Positions 1 through 14,068 of a stretch of DNA of 64,000 bases are shown in pieces. Position numbers and translations under genes: made by a program. Below the pieces are notes generated by a model, which was given only the letters and a program-made list of their open reading frames with translations, was not told where the DNA came from and ran no database searches. This DNA is from Girardia tigrina (lineage: Eukaryota): contig MQRK01240841.1 in assembly GCA_001938485.1 (NCBI GenBank), positions 1 to 64,000 of the forward strand. Direction: 5' to 3'. The number at the start of each line of letters is the position of its first letter. Positions within the stretch are counted from its first letter, which is position 1.

Positions 1-189
1 GCCAAGGTGATTGCGACCGTTGCTAGAGACCCGGCGGCCAATCGGAAGCGTTGCCATGGTAACCGCGACCGTTGCTATGGTGATCGCGACCGTTGCTATG
101 GTATCCGCGACCGTTGCCATGGCAACCACGGTAACTAGTTACGACCCCCCCCCGGGGGGGTGGTCCAGAACTCTCATTTTTCCCCTACT
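1..189. mobile_element. Right terminus of a long-TIR non-autonomous element (Polinton/Maverick-like) with ~21-bp GC-rich subterminal repeats, inserted in a mariner-like transposase
   Basis: Tandem ACCGTTGCYATGGTNANCGCG units, then a C-run/G-run palindrome, ending ...CATTTTTCCCCTACT. Same architecture as the right end of 34174-36042 (...CATTTTCCCCCTACT). Confidence 0.65.
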
Positions 190-756
190 AATTAACGTTT
201 CACACATAACACGTCTAAGAGCGCAATCTTCTTCATACAAAAGTTGCGTGGCTGGAATTCTGTAGGGGAACATTTTTATGTCGTTTCGTAATACTTGAAC
301 AGTTCCATAAGAGCAATTTAGAGTTGACAATGATTTCCTGATAGAAGACTGGGGTTCTTGCTTAAAATGTTCTGCTATCTCATTTTTCTTTTCATCATCA
401 ATTGGTGGTCTTCCATATTTTGAGACATTTAGAACGCTTACTGTTTTTTCAAACTTTTTGAAGGTGCTTCTAATACCTTTTTCGGTTGGAATATTTTTCC
501 ATTTAAGTGGTTGAAGTTCTCTTCTTACTAAAGTCACTGACTCATGCTTCGCAAATAAAATACACAATTTTTACACACTAATTTACATCCATTTTGAATC
601 TAACACTTAAAACAATAACAACAATTAATACATTTAAACAAATTGTACTCTTAATTAAATTTTAAAGAATAAGCTTCAAGATGCCTTAAAAATAAATACA
701 ATATAATAAAAAGTTATTGCAGTTTAAAACCTTGTAGTTACTTTATTATCACCCTG
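190..756 (-). mobile_element. Tc1/mariner (rosa/maT-like) transposon, 5' part with HTH region
   Basis: Minus ORF contains YGRPPI and SIRKSLSTLNCSYGTVQ..LRNDIKMFPYRI (HTH). Terminus ...CACCCTG followed by TA at 757-758. ORF is cut at ~190 by the element above. Confidence 0.75.
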
Positions 757-3039
757 TATAATAAAAATAAAAAAAATTATAGTAATTTTTTGAAAAAATA
801 AAAAAATTCTCAAATTGAAGACAATTAATAAAAATAAATTTGAAAATCGAAAATTAAAAATAAAATATTTTTTATTTATTCCCACATTTTATTGATATTC
901 TCATTGACTTTAGCAATAGAAATAAGAATTTGTTAATGGAATTATTGACAATTCTGGTCAAACATGAATTCATGGACGATTCTCAAAATAATTTAATTTG
1001 AAAGAAATTTTAAATAATTCCGAAAATATTCATTTAATTAGAAATAATTCATTCAGGAAAAATATTTTGTTATCAACATTTAAACAATTTAAACTCTCTA
1101 TTCAATATGTAAATTGAAATAATCTGATGAAATATTCGCCGAAATTTTCAACAAAAAAATAATGCAGAGATAAGATATTTAATTTATATTATGAAATAAT
1201 AATATTTATTGAGACAGAAAATAGTTAAAGTCTATGGAATCATTAGACGGAAAGTATATTTAAATATTTGAAAAATTTATTTATAAATTATGTATACCAT
1301 CATCAAGTTTTAGTTTAATATTTCTTCTTTCAACAAATTTTAAAATTCATTTTTTCGTAAAAGATGTTTAGCTTTTAACAAAGAATTCATGCATATTATA
1401 TTATGATTTGTCGTTATTGTTATTTATATTGAAAAACATCTCTTCTGTCAAAAATTAATTTAGTGCTATAATAAATAACCATTCCCTGATCCTTTTGGCT
1501 TACTGCTTATATATATATATATATGTATAACTTAATTAAATAAAATTAAACAATTAATATAAAAAAAGAATTTAATAAAAATGAAATTATAAAAGTAATT
1601 ATTGAATGATGGTATTTTTTTATTTTATTGAAACGAACAAACAATTGTTGCTAATGAATCATTGAATCAAATGAATTAGCTGTGTCAACAGAGAATCCAG
1701 TGGCTAGTGAAGAAAATGGCTTGCTATGATTGATCAACCAATTAGAGCGAGCCTTGGATCAAATATATTTTCACAATTTTTATCTACGATTAGTGAAATA
1801 TTTCTCGAACACCTTGAACGATTTTGAGCATTTAATTACTAGAAAAAAATTTTCTAAACTCTTTGAACGATTATAATTTTAACATTATAATTATTTGTGA
1901 GATTTAATTCATAAGTTATATGAATTTCGATATTAAAATTTATTTATCAATCTAAATTGAATTTTGTATTACTATTTTTGCTGAATACGTTATTGAAAAA
2001 TTATTATTTGAGAAGCAAACATCTACTCACTAACAAAAAATTCCCGAGCTTAAATTTTGACGGGGCGACTCTATTACTTCCACCGTCCGGTCTTTGGGGC
2101 AACCTGGAAATCGGGAGGAATAAGTTAATTTTCTAAAAGTCTTTTTATAAAGAAATCTAAATTAGATATTTTTCTAAAACTTTTTCATGGATCTGGAGAT
2201 ATGCTAATCAGACCAATCAGAATGGGAAAACTAATGGTTGACTGAAAATTTCATACAAAGCCTAGATAGCATGAAACTATCACTTTAAGGAATATTGCTT
2301 TGAAGGATAGCTAAAAATTTGCAATTTTAATATAGTTCAATAGCAAAAATGAGTAATAAATCATTCATCTGTGGTAACATAACATAAGTATAAAAAATTT
2401 TCTGTGGAAACTGTCCACAACTCATTTATAAAAACTTATTAAACTTTAAATATTATTTTCGACATTTGGTATTTATTCCTTTTGGATAATCAGTTTCACT
2501 TGTCACTTACGTCAGTGAAAAAGTAATACATAATTGATAAACTTTCATTTAAGGAACCTTTTAGATCCCCAAACATCATATTAGTTTAAAAGACTTAAAT
2601 TAAACTTAACTACATAGCCAAAGTTTTGGAATATTTACTTTTTTCTTTATTTTCCTTTTATATTTCAAAATTTTACGAGCCTTCAGAATACCAATTTTCA
2701 AACGAGTTATGAATAAAACATTATAAAATGCCGTAGTCAACAACAATTTCAGCATTCAACATTTAAAATATTCCTCCCAGTTAAAAAGTATTGTTTAGAA
2801 AATCAATGAAAATTTGTTTCTTATTTGTATTTTACACTTATCTTTCACAATCATTTGACATTAAGAGTAAGATCTTCAATAAAAGAATTGCAAATTTACC
2901 GGAAGATATAATTACCGTAATTCGGTTTGCAGAAATTTATTTTTAAAAAATATTAAAACCAATGAATATTTATTAAAATTTATTAATAGCAATATAAATA
3001 CAATTTGTTTTTTTGTTATATTTCGAAGCATTCTTTTTA

Positions 3040-4700
3040 CTGCTCTGAATTAAAATATGAACGCAAAACACATAGTACATCCAGACTTTTATCGTGTAAG
3101 CGGTATCTTATTTTTATACAAATTTGTCCTGCTGCAGAGAATGCCCTTTCGGACAATAAGCTTGTAGATAGTACAGTGCTGCTTGCAAATATCATCCCTT
3201 CTTTCATACTTCAATAAAATATCGAACTTCTCTTTTCACTACTCCAATTAATTTATAATTTGTTTTATTGCACTTAGGTCGACTTTCAGGCTCTTTTATG
3301 TTTGTTTTTTGATTTATGATTAACTGAAGTGGAAGTAAATGAAGAAGTCTTCATGGATAAAGTCGTGTCAGCTTGTGGTGTACTATTAGGGACAAAAATG
3401 TTATCAGATTCTTCATCAACATAAGTTTCGGGTTCGTTGTCATCCTCCTATAATTCATCACTTCTATCGTAAAATGATCCTATTAATGTTACTTTATTCT
3501 TTTAAACTCTTTTTTATTGCTTTGATTAAATAAATCGTAGTTTTCGGCTTCCTTAAAAATGGAATCTGGATTATGAAGAAATAGTAGCACATCAGAATTA
3601 GCTGATCTTATTTGTTTTATATGTAAAATTAAAGCTTCACTAAGTTCTTTGCTCATAAAATTATTTTGCTTTTGTAATTCATCAAGCATAAACTTTAAGG
3701 AAATTTCTGTGCTAAATAATGTGGCTTAATTGTTGCGAATTGCTATCTCAGTCAATTTAATTGGCATTAATGCTGATAACAGTATAGAAAACAAGTAGGT
3801 TTCTTTAAACTCAAGAATTATATCGACTATCAAGTCAAAAAGACTTTTGCGAACAGAATCTTTAAGTTGATCAAACCAATCCAACATGTTAAAAAATACC
3901 CCACCGTGGTTTAGAATCAAGAATTAATGAAAATTCTTTTTTTTTAATCCTTCTTGATATGAATTTGTAGATCTTCATTCTTAGTTGGTGAAAGACGATA
4001 CATCATTACAATTTTTCGTATTTTAGACACATGTAGATAGATCTTGATATTCTTCATATAACATTTCAAAACATGAGAGATGTTAATTATTTTGAAAGTT
4101 TCATCATTTATATAATCTTCTTCCACGTCGGAATTTTTATTTTCAGAATCTGAACATGTTGATACATCATCCTCCATTTCTGGTAATAGTACAGATTTTT
4201 AAAGGACGTCAACCACAGTTAACTGAATACAATGTGCTTAACACATCCGTGAACTCTAGCTAAACCAATATTCCAAAATTTCTTATGAGTATAAATATTA
4301 ATATTAATATAGCATCGATTCTTTACTAAAGTCCATTCATCAAACGTTAGACTGCATTTTGCGCCAAGATTTATTCGAGATAGCATTTCTTTAATAATAT
4401 TTTGGGATATGTTTTCACCGTACTAAATTACTATTTTTCTTCTACTGTTCGATGACTTTGGTATTTCATTATATCCTTTTGCCTTTAATAGTTTTCTGAG
4501 ATCATAAGATATACATAATTTAATAAAAGGAAGACCATTGTTTGCAGTCATACGAGCAATAACAGTAGGAAGAGAATTATCAACAGTTTTAGAAAAGTTT
4601 ATTGTTAATGTAGTTTTGGAACTGCAACAATTAATTTTTAAGGTGTTGCAAGTCGAACACCGTTTCAGATTTTTCTCTTTTTAACAAATTAATGTTGTGC
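3040..4700 (-). mobile_element. Degenerate hAT transposase remnant
   Basis: Minus-strand fragments resembling LPTVIARMTANNGLPF, the C..H-type motif HCIQLTVVDVL, and a C-terminal dimerisation motif SERAFSAAGQICIKIRYRLHDKSLDVLCVLRSYF. Many stops and frameshifts. Confidence 0.7.
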
Positions 4701-4739
4701 TGAGTTTAAAGATGATACAACTAGTGCATATATGATAGT

Positions 4740-5437
4740 GGTACATACCAATAGTGCTTCCTCCCTTACTGACGACATTGAAAAATAAATGGATTTTAAA
4801 GTTTGGCGCTCCAAAAATTATAATGTGTGATTGCGGTAGATCATTTGAATCAAAGCTAGTAAAAGAGTTAGCAGAAAATTGTAAAAGTAAAATATTATTC
4901 TCTAGCCCNNNNNNNNNNNNNNNNNNNNNNNNNNNNNNNNNNNNNNNNNNNNNNNNNNNNNNNNNNATCCACATATCATTGAAAGACAAAAAAGGTAGAG
5001 ATTGGACTGAAATTCTGCCTGAAGTAGAATTCATGATCAATGGTACTGTACAAAGTACAATAAAAATGAGCCCAGCAGAACTCGTTTATGGCAAGAAAAT
5101 TTCAAGAGAATGGTATGACGAAACCGACAAAGAAGATGATGAAATTAAATACGTAAAAATACGACAAGAGTAAAGATCAAAATTGTATAAAGAAATTGGA
5201 GAAAATAATAATAACGATAATAAAGATGACAAACAACTGATCGAAAGAGAATTTAGAGTAGGTGACTTGGTATTGATCAAAAAAACAAATGTGTCAAAAA
5301 CCGAAGATAGATATGAAGGACCAGCTAAAATTGTCGAGAAGCGACATGATAAAAGCTATATTATTAGATTCGAAGGGGGGCGTACCATTGTAAGAAACGT
5401 TGAATGGATACGACTTTTTAAACCGAGGGGGATGTGA
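4740..5437 (+). mobile_element. Gypsy/Ty3 integrase fragment (core and C-terminus)
   Basis: WILKFGAPKIIMCDCGRSF, W..ILPEVEF..N....STIKMSPAELVYG and FRVGDLVLIK...RYEGPAKIV (GPY/F-like motif). Spans an N gap. Confidence 0.85.
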
Positions 5438-5685
5438 GGAGAATTATTATCGAAACTAATAATTGTATGTTGTGTAATTTATGTATGGAATGTTTGAGGT
5501 GTGATCTTTGTATTGTTGTGTAATAGGTCACGACCGAAATAGTGTGTATGGTGAAATGAATGAGTGTGTTTGACCCAGATTGATGACGGCATTAATCAAT
5601 ATATATACTGATGATATTCCTCATTTTATTGTCTTTTAAATAAATTTTATGACAATCTCGAAGACTTTTAACAACTCATCTCACA
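5433..5685 (+). repeat. 3' LTR (~253 bp) of the Gypsy element
   Basis: Polypurine tract GAGGGGGA directly before TGTGAG. Ends CTCACA, a 6-bp terminal inverted repeat with TG...CA. Confidence 0.75.
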
Positions 5686-6973
5686 CATTTGTTATAATTA
5701 TTGATAGAAATTTAACAATTATATATCCGACCTTTTTACTATTTTAAGAGAGGACGTAATTCTAAGCAAAGACATGAATTGAGTATTGAGGACGCCATTT
5801 TTTCTTTTTAAATCCTACAGCATCAAATGGTTAATGATCGTTTCTTGAATTTTAATTTAAATTATCAGTTTATTAATAATTCAATATAAAAACCATAATC
5901 TTTATTTTTAACCCATATTCAAAATAAAAATCAATTAAATTGCTAAGTAGTTATACGTGCTCATCTAGTAAAATAAAGATATAAAATAAAATTGAAAAAA
6001 TAATAAAGAATTATTTTAAAAATTTAATTATAAAACATAATTTAATACAGTAAATACGGAGATTTTATGATTAAGATTAAATTATATTATTATTATTATA
6101 TTAAATTGTATTATGTTGGTAAATAGCTAAAACAGTTTTAAAATTTCATCAATAATTTATTTTACTAAGATTTTATAAAATGGTATTCTTTTAATTTATG
6201 ATTTATAGGAAGGGTTTTACGAAGTATGAACCACGACATTTTAGTTTATTTCTTATATTTTTAATAGAATCAATAAATTTATATCACAAAACAATTAATT
6301 TTTTAATCAATATTTATAAAACATTAGTGGTAGTTAAAGAGACGACATAACACAGAGGTATGAAATAAAGTAACTACAAAGTTTTTATTAAAAGCAAGCT
6401 AGAAAGAATTTGAATTTGAAAAATTTTTAATTGTGGTTTAAATTGTTGTAGGTTTTCTATTTTAACAATACGTGTAAATTATAAGTTACTTAACGATCAT
6501 GGAAAAGACATCAATCTTTTGATAAATTACATTACCTTAAATTTGTATATGTTTTCAAATACTTGATCTAACAAGGTTTTTGTGGAACCTGTAGCATTTT
6601 GTAACTAATCTTTTAAACTTACATTTTTAATAACATTCACATGTCATTCCTTTAAAAACTTTTTCATTATTTCTTACTTTTTATACTGACCACAGCTAAT
6701 TTACCTTCTATTATGACATTGAAAAAATCAAAAATACTGAAATTTACTTGACTTATTTATTTAAAGTTATCTTGGAAGCTACGATCTCCGAAAACCCTCA
6801 TGCTTTGACTTTCTTTAATCAAGAAATGAGATTTTTGATTGCGGTTTTGATATGAGATCAAGTGAGCCGCTTAATTATAAATTAAGGTATCGAAAACCAT
6901 TTTTAGTCTGTATTGTAAAATTTCTAAAACATACATTTTAACTGTGAATTTGAATAGAATTGGCAAACTGTCG

Positions 6974-7683
6974 AATAAAAAATTTCCAAGCGAATCAAAT
7001 TTTTTTAATTTTAACGGTTTAACCGTCATGGTCAGAACAAATGATTTTTCAAACGAAATTTACTTATATAGTGCAAATAATGAATATGCAATCAATACGT
7101 AATCAGTACATCATTTAAAAACTCTCAATAAAGTTGTAGAGAATGCAGTTTAAACGTTAATTTTAGGATCCAAAGATCTTATATATAACGCTTCACATGT
7201 CACTCTCTCCCAATAATTTTTAAATTGAGAGCACAGAATTTTAAAGTGTTGTGAATTTATATCTCTTCTATATCCTGTAATGTTACTTCCACCTTCATTA
7301 CAACTGTATTCCATGATTCCCTTACAGAAATGACGTGAAGTCTCTCCAATGTATGTGGCGTTACACCCATTACATGTATATTTATAAATAATATACGAAC
7401 ACTGTCCTAATGACGTTGGAGATTTATTGTTGAACATGCTTTCAATTTTTGGGTGCGGGATATTACTTTTAAACTTATAAAATCTTTGGATCCTAAAATT
7501 AACGTTTAAACTGCACTCTCTACAACTTTGTTGAGTTTTTAAATGATGTAATGATGACGTATTGATTACATAATCATTAACTGCACTACATAAGTAAATT
7601 TCGTTTGAAAAATCATTTGTTCTGAAGATGACGGTTAAACCATCCAAATTAATAAATTTTGATTGGCTTGGAAATTTTTTATA
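6974..7683 (-). mobile_element. 5'-truncated Penelope-like retroelement: GIY-YIG endonuclease end flanked by inverted pseudo-LTRs
   Basis: IIYKYTCNGCNATYIGETSRHF...EALYIRSLDPKINV is a PLE-type GIY-YIG. Segment ~6974-7183 is the reverse complement of ~7478-7683. Confidence 0.85.
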
Positions 7684-10394
7684 CATTTTAAGTATTTCAT
7701 ATTATTTCTGAATAACTCTATATAGGAAATTTTGATTAAATCTTTTCCATGTAATTAAATGCCAGTAACGTTTGTTCTCCGTTTATGAAATTCAGCAGTT
7801 TTGTAAGCACTTTTTTCAGAATAAAGATACTTTCTTCAATGAAGTTTTTTACAAGATGTACGATAGATAAAATTTTAAATTGAAACATTGTTTACATAAT
7901 ATCGAAATGTGATTTAAAATTTAGAGATTATACAACGATGAAAAACTAATTATTGTGTAAAATTGTTGAAGCGTTATTATAATTGAAATAATTTTTCATG
8001 TTTTATTAACAGATCAAGTTACAACTCCATAAATATATACAGATATTTATTTATTAAAATTTCGTAAACTAAGGACGTGTATATATATATATATATATAT
8101 ATATACTTCTGCAAGCGTTAGTAATTCTGATTATGCTATGTTGCAAAGAAATTCATGGAACCAATCATCCCTTCCTTACTCAAATTTCTCAGTTTACCCA
8201 TAATCGTCCTATTTAGGTTATGAATTAGAAGATTACTTTTTTTGCATTACGAAGAGTCTTCATGAACAAGGTTTTTTTTGGAATTAAAGCAAGAATATGG
8301 ATTAGCCTCTAGATGTACTATGCTGTTATCAGGTTTTAGGAATTAATGAGGAATCTTCAAAGGCTTGTCCTGAGCTTTATGTTAAGTTCCGGTTTTTAGT
8401 GTGAAGCCCGAATTTTAAGACTTTGTCTTGCTCTTGGATATTAAAAGACGTTGCTAGGTCTTCTCAAAAATAACAATGTTAAATAAAAACCACTCTTCAT
8501 TTTCTTCTCAAAAAATCAGGTATTCTTGAAATTACCTACACAACTCCCTAAACAAAACATTTTGTTTAAACATAAATTTAAGTTTTCTTCTACAAAAGTA
8601 TTGCAGAATGTCGTCATAAATTGATGGAAACATTTTTTCTGTCCCTATCTTCAAAGTAGAAAAACTTTGAACGATTTCTCTAATAGACAAAATATCATCC
8701 TCCATCTTACTTTATGTTAGTCGGGAGTTTATTGACCAACAACATGATCTTTACATGCATTTGCTTGAAAATCTTTTCTATTTTTATGATTTCTTGATCA
8801 ATTTATAATGGTCTTCTAGGTCCTTCTGTATCTGAAATGTCTTTTTTTCCATGCTTAAATTAAGTAAATCAGTTGTAAAATGTTGTTTGGTAGGTACATT
8901 TGATTCCATAAACACTCTGTAATTCTTAGATATCAATTTATCGTTACATAATAAATATGAATCTCCTTTTATTTCTTATATGAGTTATTACATTGGACTA
9001 ATTTAAGAGATGTTGATAAAAAATATTTTCATTAAAAAAAGCAATCAGATAGTTATAACTTATTTTATACTATCAAATTGACACAAAATCGACTTAGAGA
9101 ATATTATTTTTGTATAACCACAAAAAGCTCTACATTCTCTAAAAATATTATATCAAAAATTTCCTATCAATCAAAATAGATTCACATTAATTAAATAATT
9201 CTCTGTTAAAAGTTTAACTGTGTTAGTTGCGTTTATGCCATTGTCGTTATATAGCATTTCAGAAGTCATATTTAACACAAAAAATTTATTAATGAAAATA
9301 AAATCATACGTAAACAAATTTCTCGGTAATTTAATAATTTTGCCATAATTAATTTATTACATTTTTTTAATTTATTTATTAATTTTAAATTATAATTGTA
9401 AAATTTATGTGTAACATTTTATCAAAAACTTTTTAAATTTTAATTTACAAAAATTAAATTCTTTTAAACTTTTTTTAAAAATTATTTCGTAAAAATATTA
9501 TATATTTTAATCTGTTATTAATTATTTTAAAATTTTTATTCTAAAACATTTTTTAATCATTTTGCTCTTAAAATATATCAATTTTTATTAATGTAAACAT
9601 TTTATGGTTTTATATAATTTTTATTAATTTTTGTTTTATTTAGAAAATTAGTCTTAACGTTTTAAGTATTATAACTTTTTGTATTTATTTATTTTCTAAA
9701 ATTTTTAATTAAACAAAATCAATTAATTATTCGGCAAAGTGAAAATTTTAACTACTCTTCATACACTGAAAGACAATTTTAAATTGACTGAAATCACTGT
9801 TTATCCTAATTGCTTTATTAAGATTCCTAAGGAAGAATGTCCCAAGATCCAAAATTCAATCACTTCAGACACTTTGTAAAAATGTTTTGAAAATATTTTT
9901 TCTTGAAGGAATAAAACAATTTAAATTTTTATTCAAAGTTTATTTTTAAATTAGAGAGAAACAACTTATACATTATATTCTGTGAGATTTACAATTGTTC
10001 TTAAACAAATATTTATCTTTTAGATGATTTCTTCGCTGATGTGAAATCGAAGTAATTCAAGAAAAAACAAAAACAAAATCAAGGTAAAAGACAATTGCTT
10101 GATTGAACCTTCAAAGAGACTCTTAGACAATTTTCAAAAAAAAATAATCAAATTTATTTAATAATATGATTTACATTATCAATGACTCTATTTTAATTAA
10201 TTTTCTCCCACGGAATTTGACATCTGATTTACGAATTTTATTCAATTTTAATTTTATAATTTTTATGAATAAAGGTCAAATTATAATCGGTTCGAAAAAA
10301 ATACAATCTACGCAATTAATAAATAATTAACTGAAATAAATAAATTACTTGTTTAAATATTTATTAATTTTCAAGTTGATTTAAAATATTCTAT

Positions 10395-11050
10395 GTATTC
10401 TTGATTGTGAGGAATATTTTAATTTGCTTGAATGTGTAAATGTATGGATGCTGTATGTTGATTTAAGTATGTTGAATCTAGAATGGTGATTCTCCCACCC
10501 AGATGGAAATTGGTATTTTTTTATTAAGTTTAAAGTGATTGACTATTCGAACATAATTGAAATAATGATTTGATAAGTTTAAATTTTTTAAATTAACAAT
10601 TAAAATTAAGTTTAATATTTTTTAAGAAAAGAAAAGCATTTAATTAGATTTAAATAAATTTAATAAGATTTAAATTAAAGTCATTTTTAATAATTTGATA
10701 ACATTTTTATAATTATGTCTATTTATTTAGTATTAATTATTTATTATTTGATTTTTCTGCAAAAAGTTTTTGCTGGAATAATTATATTTTGTCACAACTG
10801 AATATTTCAATGACAAATTGCATGGCGCTCTTATTCCTAAATGGTTTAAATTATTATTTTTAAATCATATTTTAAAAAGATTTAGAAAAATTGTTCGAAT
10901 AATCATGATTAAAATTAGAAATAACGAAACCAATTAGAGCGATGTCAAACGATGAAAGATCTTCCGAGAGTGTGATGACTCTAAATGTGATAATAATAAT
11001 AGTAATTCAAATGAGAATTGTCTCAATGTTCTTAATATTGATGATAATAA
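10395..11050. repeat. Dispersed repeat, unclassified family (copy 1)
   Basis: Long near-identical blocks shared with 62685-63115, e.g. GATGCTGTATGTTGATTTAAGTATGTTGAATCTAGAATGGTGATT. Confidence 0.8.
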
Positions 11051-11141
11051 ATATGTTCAAGTGATTGTTTAAATAATTTAATTTTTGGTAGATTTATACT
11101 AATTCCATTAATGTTCGATATCAATTACATATATTTCTACA

Positions 11142-12300
11142 TACATTGGATTCCCAAGTTATTATGGACACTTAATGTTTTTTTAAATTTTAAATTTATA
11201 TATTGCTTTCAAATTTCCAGGCAACTAACTTTAATAAATAAAAAACATTGAAGACTTAAAATAAATTGCTTACGCAAAAAAACCATATAAAGTACAGAAA
11301 ATTACAAATATTGTCTTAAAAGTGATAGGAAAAAAAATGATAAAACTTTTTCAAAAACAAAATATTACTGTCTCACTGTTCTCAATTGAAGGCGTCTATG
11401 CGTCGGGCCATACTTTCTTTACAGACTTTAGCAGAATCTATGACATTTTGGATATGATGCCACACTCTCGACAGCTTCTATTAGCTTTTGTTTAGTTGTT
11501 ATCACTTGCTTAGCTACTACCCTTTTTGTGATTTTCCACATGTTACTCATGTAGTTTATATCCAAAGGAATTCTGCAGTCAGTGTAAGACTTAAGCATGT
11601 TTTCATCTTGAAATTCAGTGACATTTCTGGCTGTGTAAAATGGTGGGGAATCGTGCATAAAAATATACTCTTCCCCATTTAAAAACCATTCTTTCATCTG
11701 AAGAAGAAGATGAGTTACCAGCACTCGCTGGTATTGGTCTTTTCTCATCGTTCCCTAGAGATCCCGAACCTCTGATTGAAATCACATACCACACCATTAT
11801 ACTAATGGTATGTTTTACCTTTTCAACAAGGTGATCCTGGAGGAGCTGCTCTCCAGGGCGCCGTCTAACAATATAGCATTTGTACAAAAATTTGAGAAGT
11901 TGATCCGTCGGAGATTCCTGTAGAACGATACCATAATACATAAATATCATTTCTGAATAAAAAAAATGTTAATTACATGACTCAGTACATATGCTGGTGA
12001 TTTTTAGGCCATTTAAGTTTCTGTTTTCATTGCCTAAGTCAGACATGGTCGTTTAATAGGTTGATGACTCATCAGGTTTTCTTCAGTAAAAAGTCTTTAA
12101 ATTGTCTTTTTCTAAACTTTAATTCATTTGTTATTATATAGCGGTCAGGCGATCTACAGTCTACAATTTTCGAGACATATTCCTGATTTTATGGTCAGTA
12201 AGAAGAGTTGTGATTCTTTTCTGACTCATTTTTCCATTCGAGCTACTTTTAAAGGCATGTTGTTTTACTAAAGTTTGTTCTCATAACTCGAAATTAAAAA
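11142..12300 (-). mobile_element. Degenerate Tc1-like transposon
   Basis: VRRRPGE..L...VKHTISIMVW..IS.RG.G and FMHDSPPFY motifs in frameshifted ORFs. Confidence 0.7.
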
Positions 12301-13704
12301 CTCCAATACGGAAAACAAATTTCGAAAGTAAGAAGAAAAAAGTACATAATTTATACAAATTACTTTTTAAGTTTTATTGTTTACATAAAAATAAATCTTG
12401 TCGATCTAAAGTTTATTTTCCAATGAGTTTTCAATGTTTTTTCAATAAATATTTACGATTTTCTATACTGATTTGAAAATATTTTCTAATTATCAAACTT
12501 TCTAATTTATTGAAAAAAATATTTTACTATCAATTAATAAGAATTTAAGTTTCAAAAAATATTTATGTTTTTAAATCGTTTAAAGGGGGAAATGATCCAA
12601 CAAAAATGCACATAACAATTTCCTAAAATCATAACAAAAAATAAATAAAAATCAGCAAATATTATTTTCAATCAAAGTATTCAGTAATTAAAAATAAGAA
12701 AAAAATATTCAATTAAGTAAAATATATTCCTTTCAAAGCTAAAAAGAAATTAAGAATAATCCAAATCCGGAAATTAATTATGACTTATTTTACAATTATT
12801 AAATTGAAATTTATTTTATTGATTTTTTTCGTAAATTAAAAGTATTTTTTTCTTAATAATTCTTTATACTGTTTTTAAATGGTATGTATTTTTTAAGATT
12901 TTTTTTTTATTTTATATATATTTTTATATATGAAAAAAATGATTTTTGTTAATATTTTTTTAATTTTTTTATATTTATATTTTATTAATTATATTTTTTT
13001 TAATTTTATATTTCATTTATTAATATTTAAATAGAATATTTTTATTTAAAAAAATTATTTTTATAAATTCAGAAACGTTTTGTTAATCTTTTTTTGTAAA
13101 AGGTTAATGAAAATAAACGTATAAATAAATTAATATTGACTGTTATTTTGTGAACACAGAAATTGAATTTATTAAAAATAAGAAACTCTAATATAAAAAA
13201 TTTTTAAAAAAGATAATTATAAAATAATCTTTTAAAGAATATAATCTAATTACTTCCTTTATAAAGAAATTCTTTTTTATCAAATGTCACACTGCAAGAA
13301 AATTAGTTTTACTTTTTTTATACTTGTCTACATTTCATATTATTATATATATAATTAAATGTTATTCTGTGTCCAACAGATTTTTTTTCGTGATGGGTTT
13401 AAATGCAATACAATGTTACTTTTTTCTACAATACTTCATAACGAAAAAGTAATTTCTATTTATACATTTTATAAAAAAATGTTTTTAATTTCGTAAATAA
13501 TTATCAACAATTAACAGTTTTTATCTATAATCGTATGAAAGTTTGTTGACAAAAAGAATTCTCTTGTTGACTATACTCGGGAAAAAGAGAACAAAAAGCA
13601 AGAGAAAAATAGAGAGCAATATTAAAGATATTCGAATATTAAATGAATTTTATAGATTAATTTCCTTTTAATTAATCTATCTTTACTCTTAATGATATTT
13701 GTTT

Positions 13705-14010
13705 TCTGTGAGGAATACTTGGTGTATAATTGTTTTTGTAGTTTTTGCATGTTCAAATGTTGTATGTTGATTTGGGATTGTGCCTCTCCTAATTAGATAG
13801 ATTATCAATATTTAATTTCTTATAATCTGAAACTAATTTATTTAAATTTAGATTTAATATTCAAATTTTTAATTTTTATTATTGCAACTTTTAAGCAATT
13901 TTATTGATTTTATTTTTGTAAATTTTTAAATAATTAAAATCAAATTAATGTTTAAAAATGAATATAGCAAAATTTTATTTAAGCCAATAAAATTTAAATT
14001 AAACATTTTT
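13705..14010. repeat. Dispersed repeat related to 54120-54410 and (inverted) 57400-57598
   Basis: Shared TATGTTGATTTGGRATTGTGYCTCT...GAAACWAATTTAWTYAAATTTA...CCAATAAAATTTA. Confidence 0.6.
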
Positions 14011-14068
14011 TTATAAAATAATTTTCTCAAGCATAGTTCAGATTATAATGAGAGATATTGAACATTGA

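Noticed and set aside
11-265. ORF with ATVAMV repeats (also 34170-34388 and 34231-34506), superficially antifreeze- or mucin-like
   Set aside because: Translation of 21-bp subterminal repeats in a TIR; open on both strands simply because the unit lacks stops.
1680-1830. Possible promoter or 5' exon of the GPCR (CCAAT motif, raised GC)
   Set aside because: No convincing splice donor or other support linking it to the gene 17 kb away.
8150-8900. Coding-like decayed sequence (similar patches at 18100-18600, 51650-51990, 53130-53530, 60500-61320)
   Set aside because: Probably old TE ORFs, but no motif is clear enough to assign.
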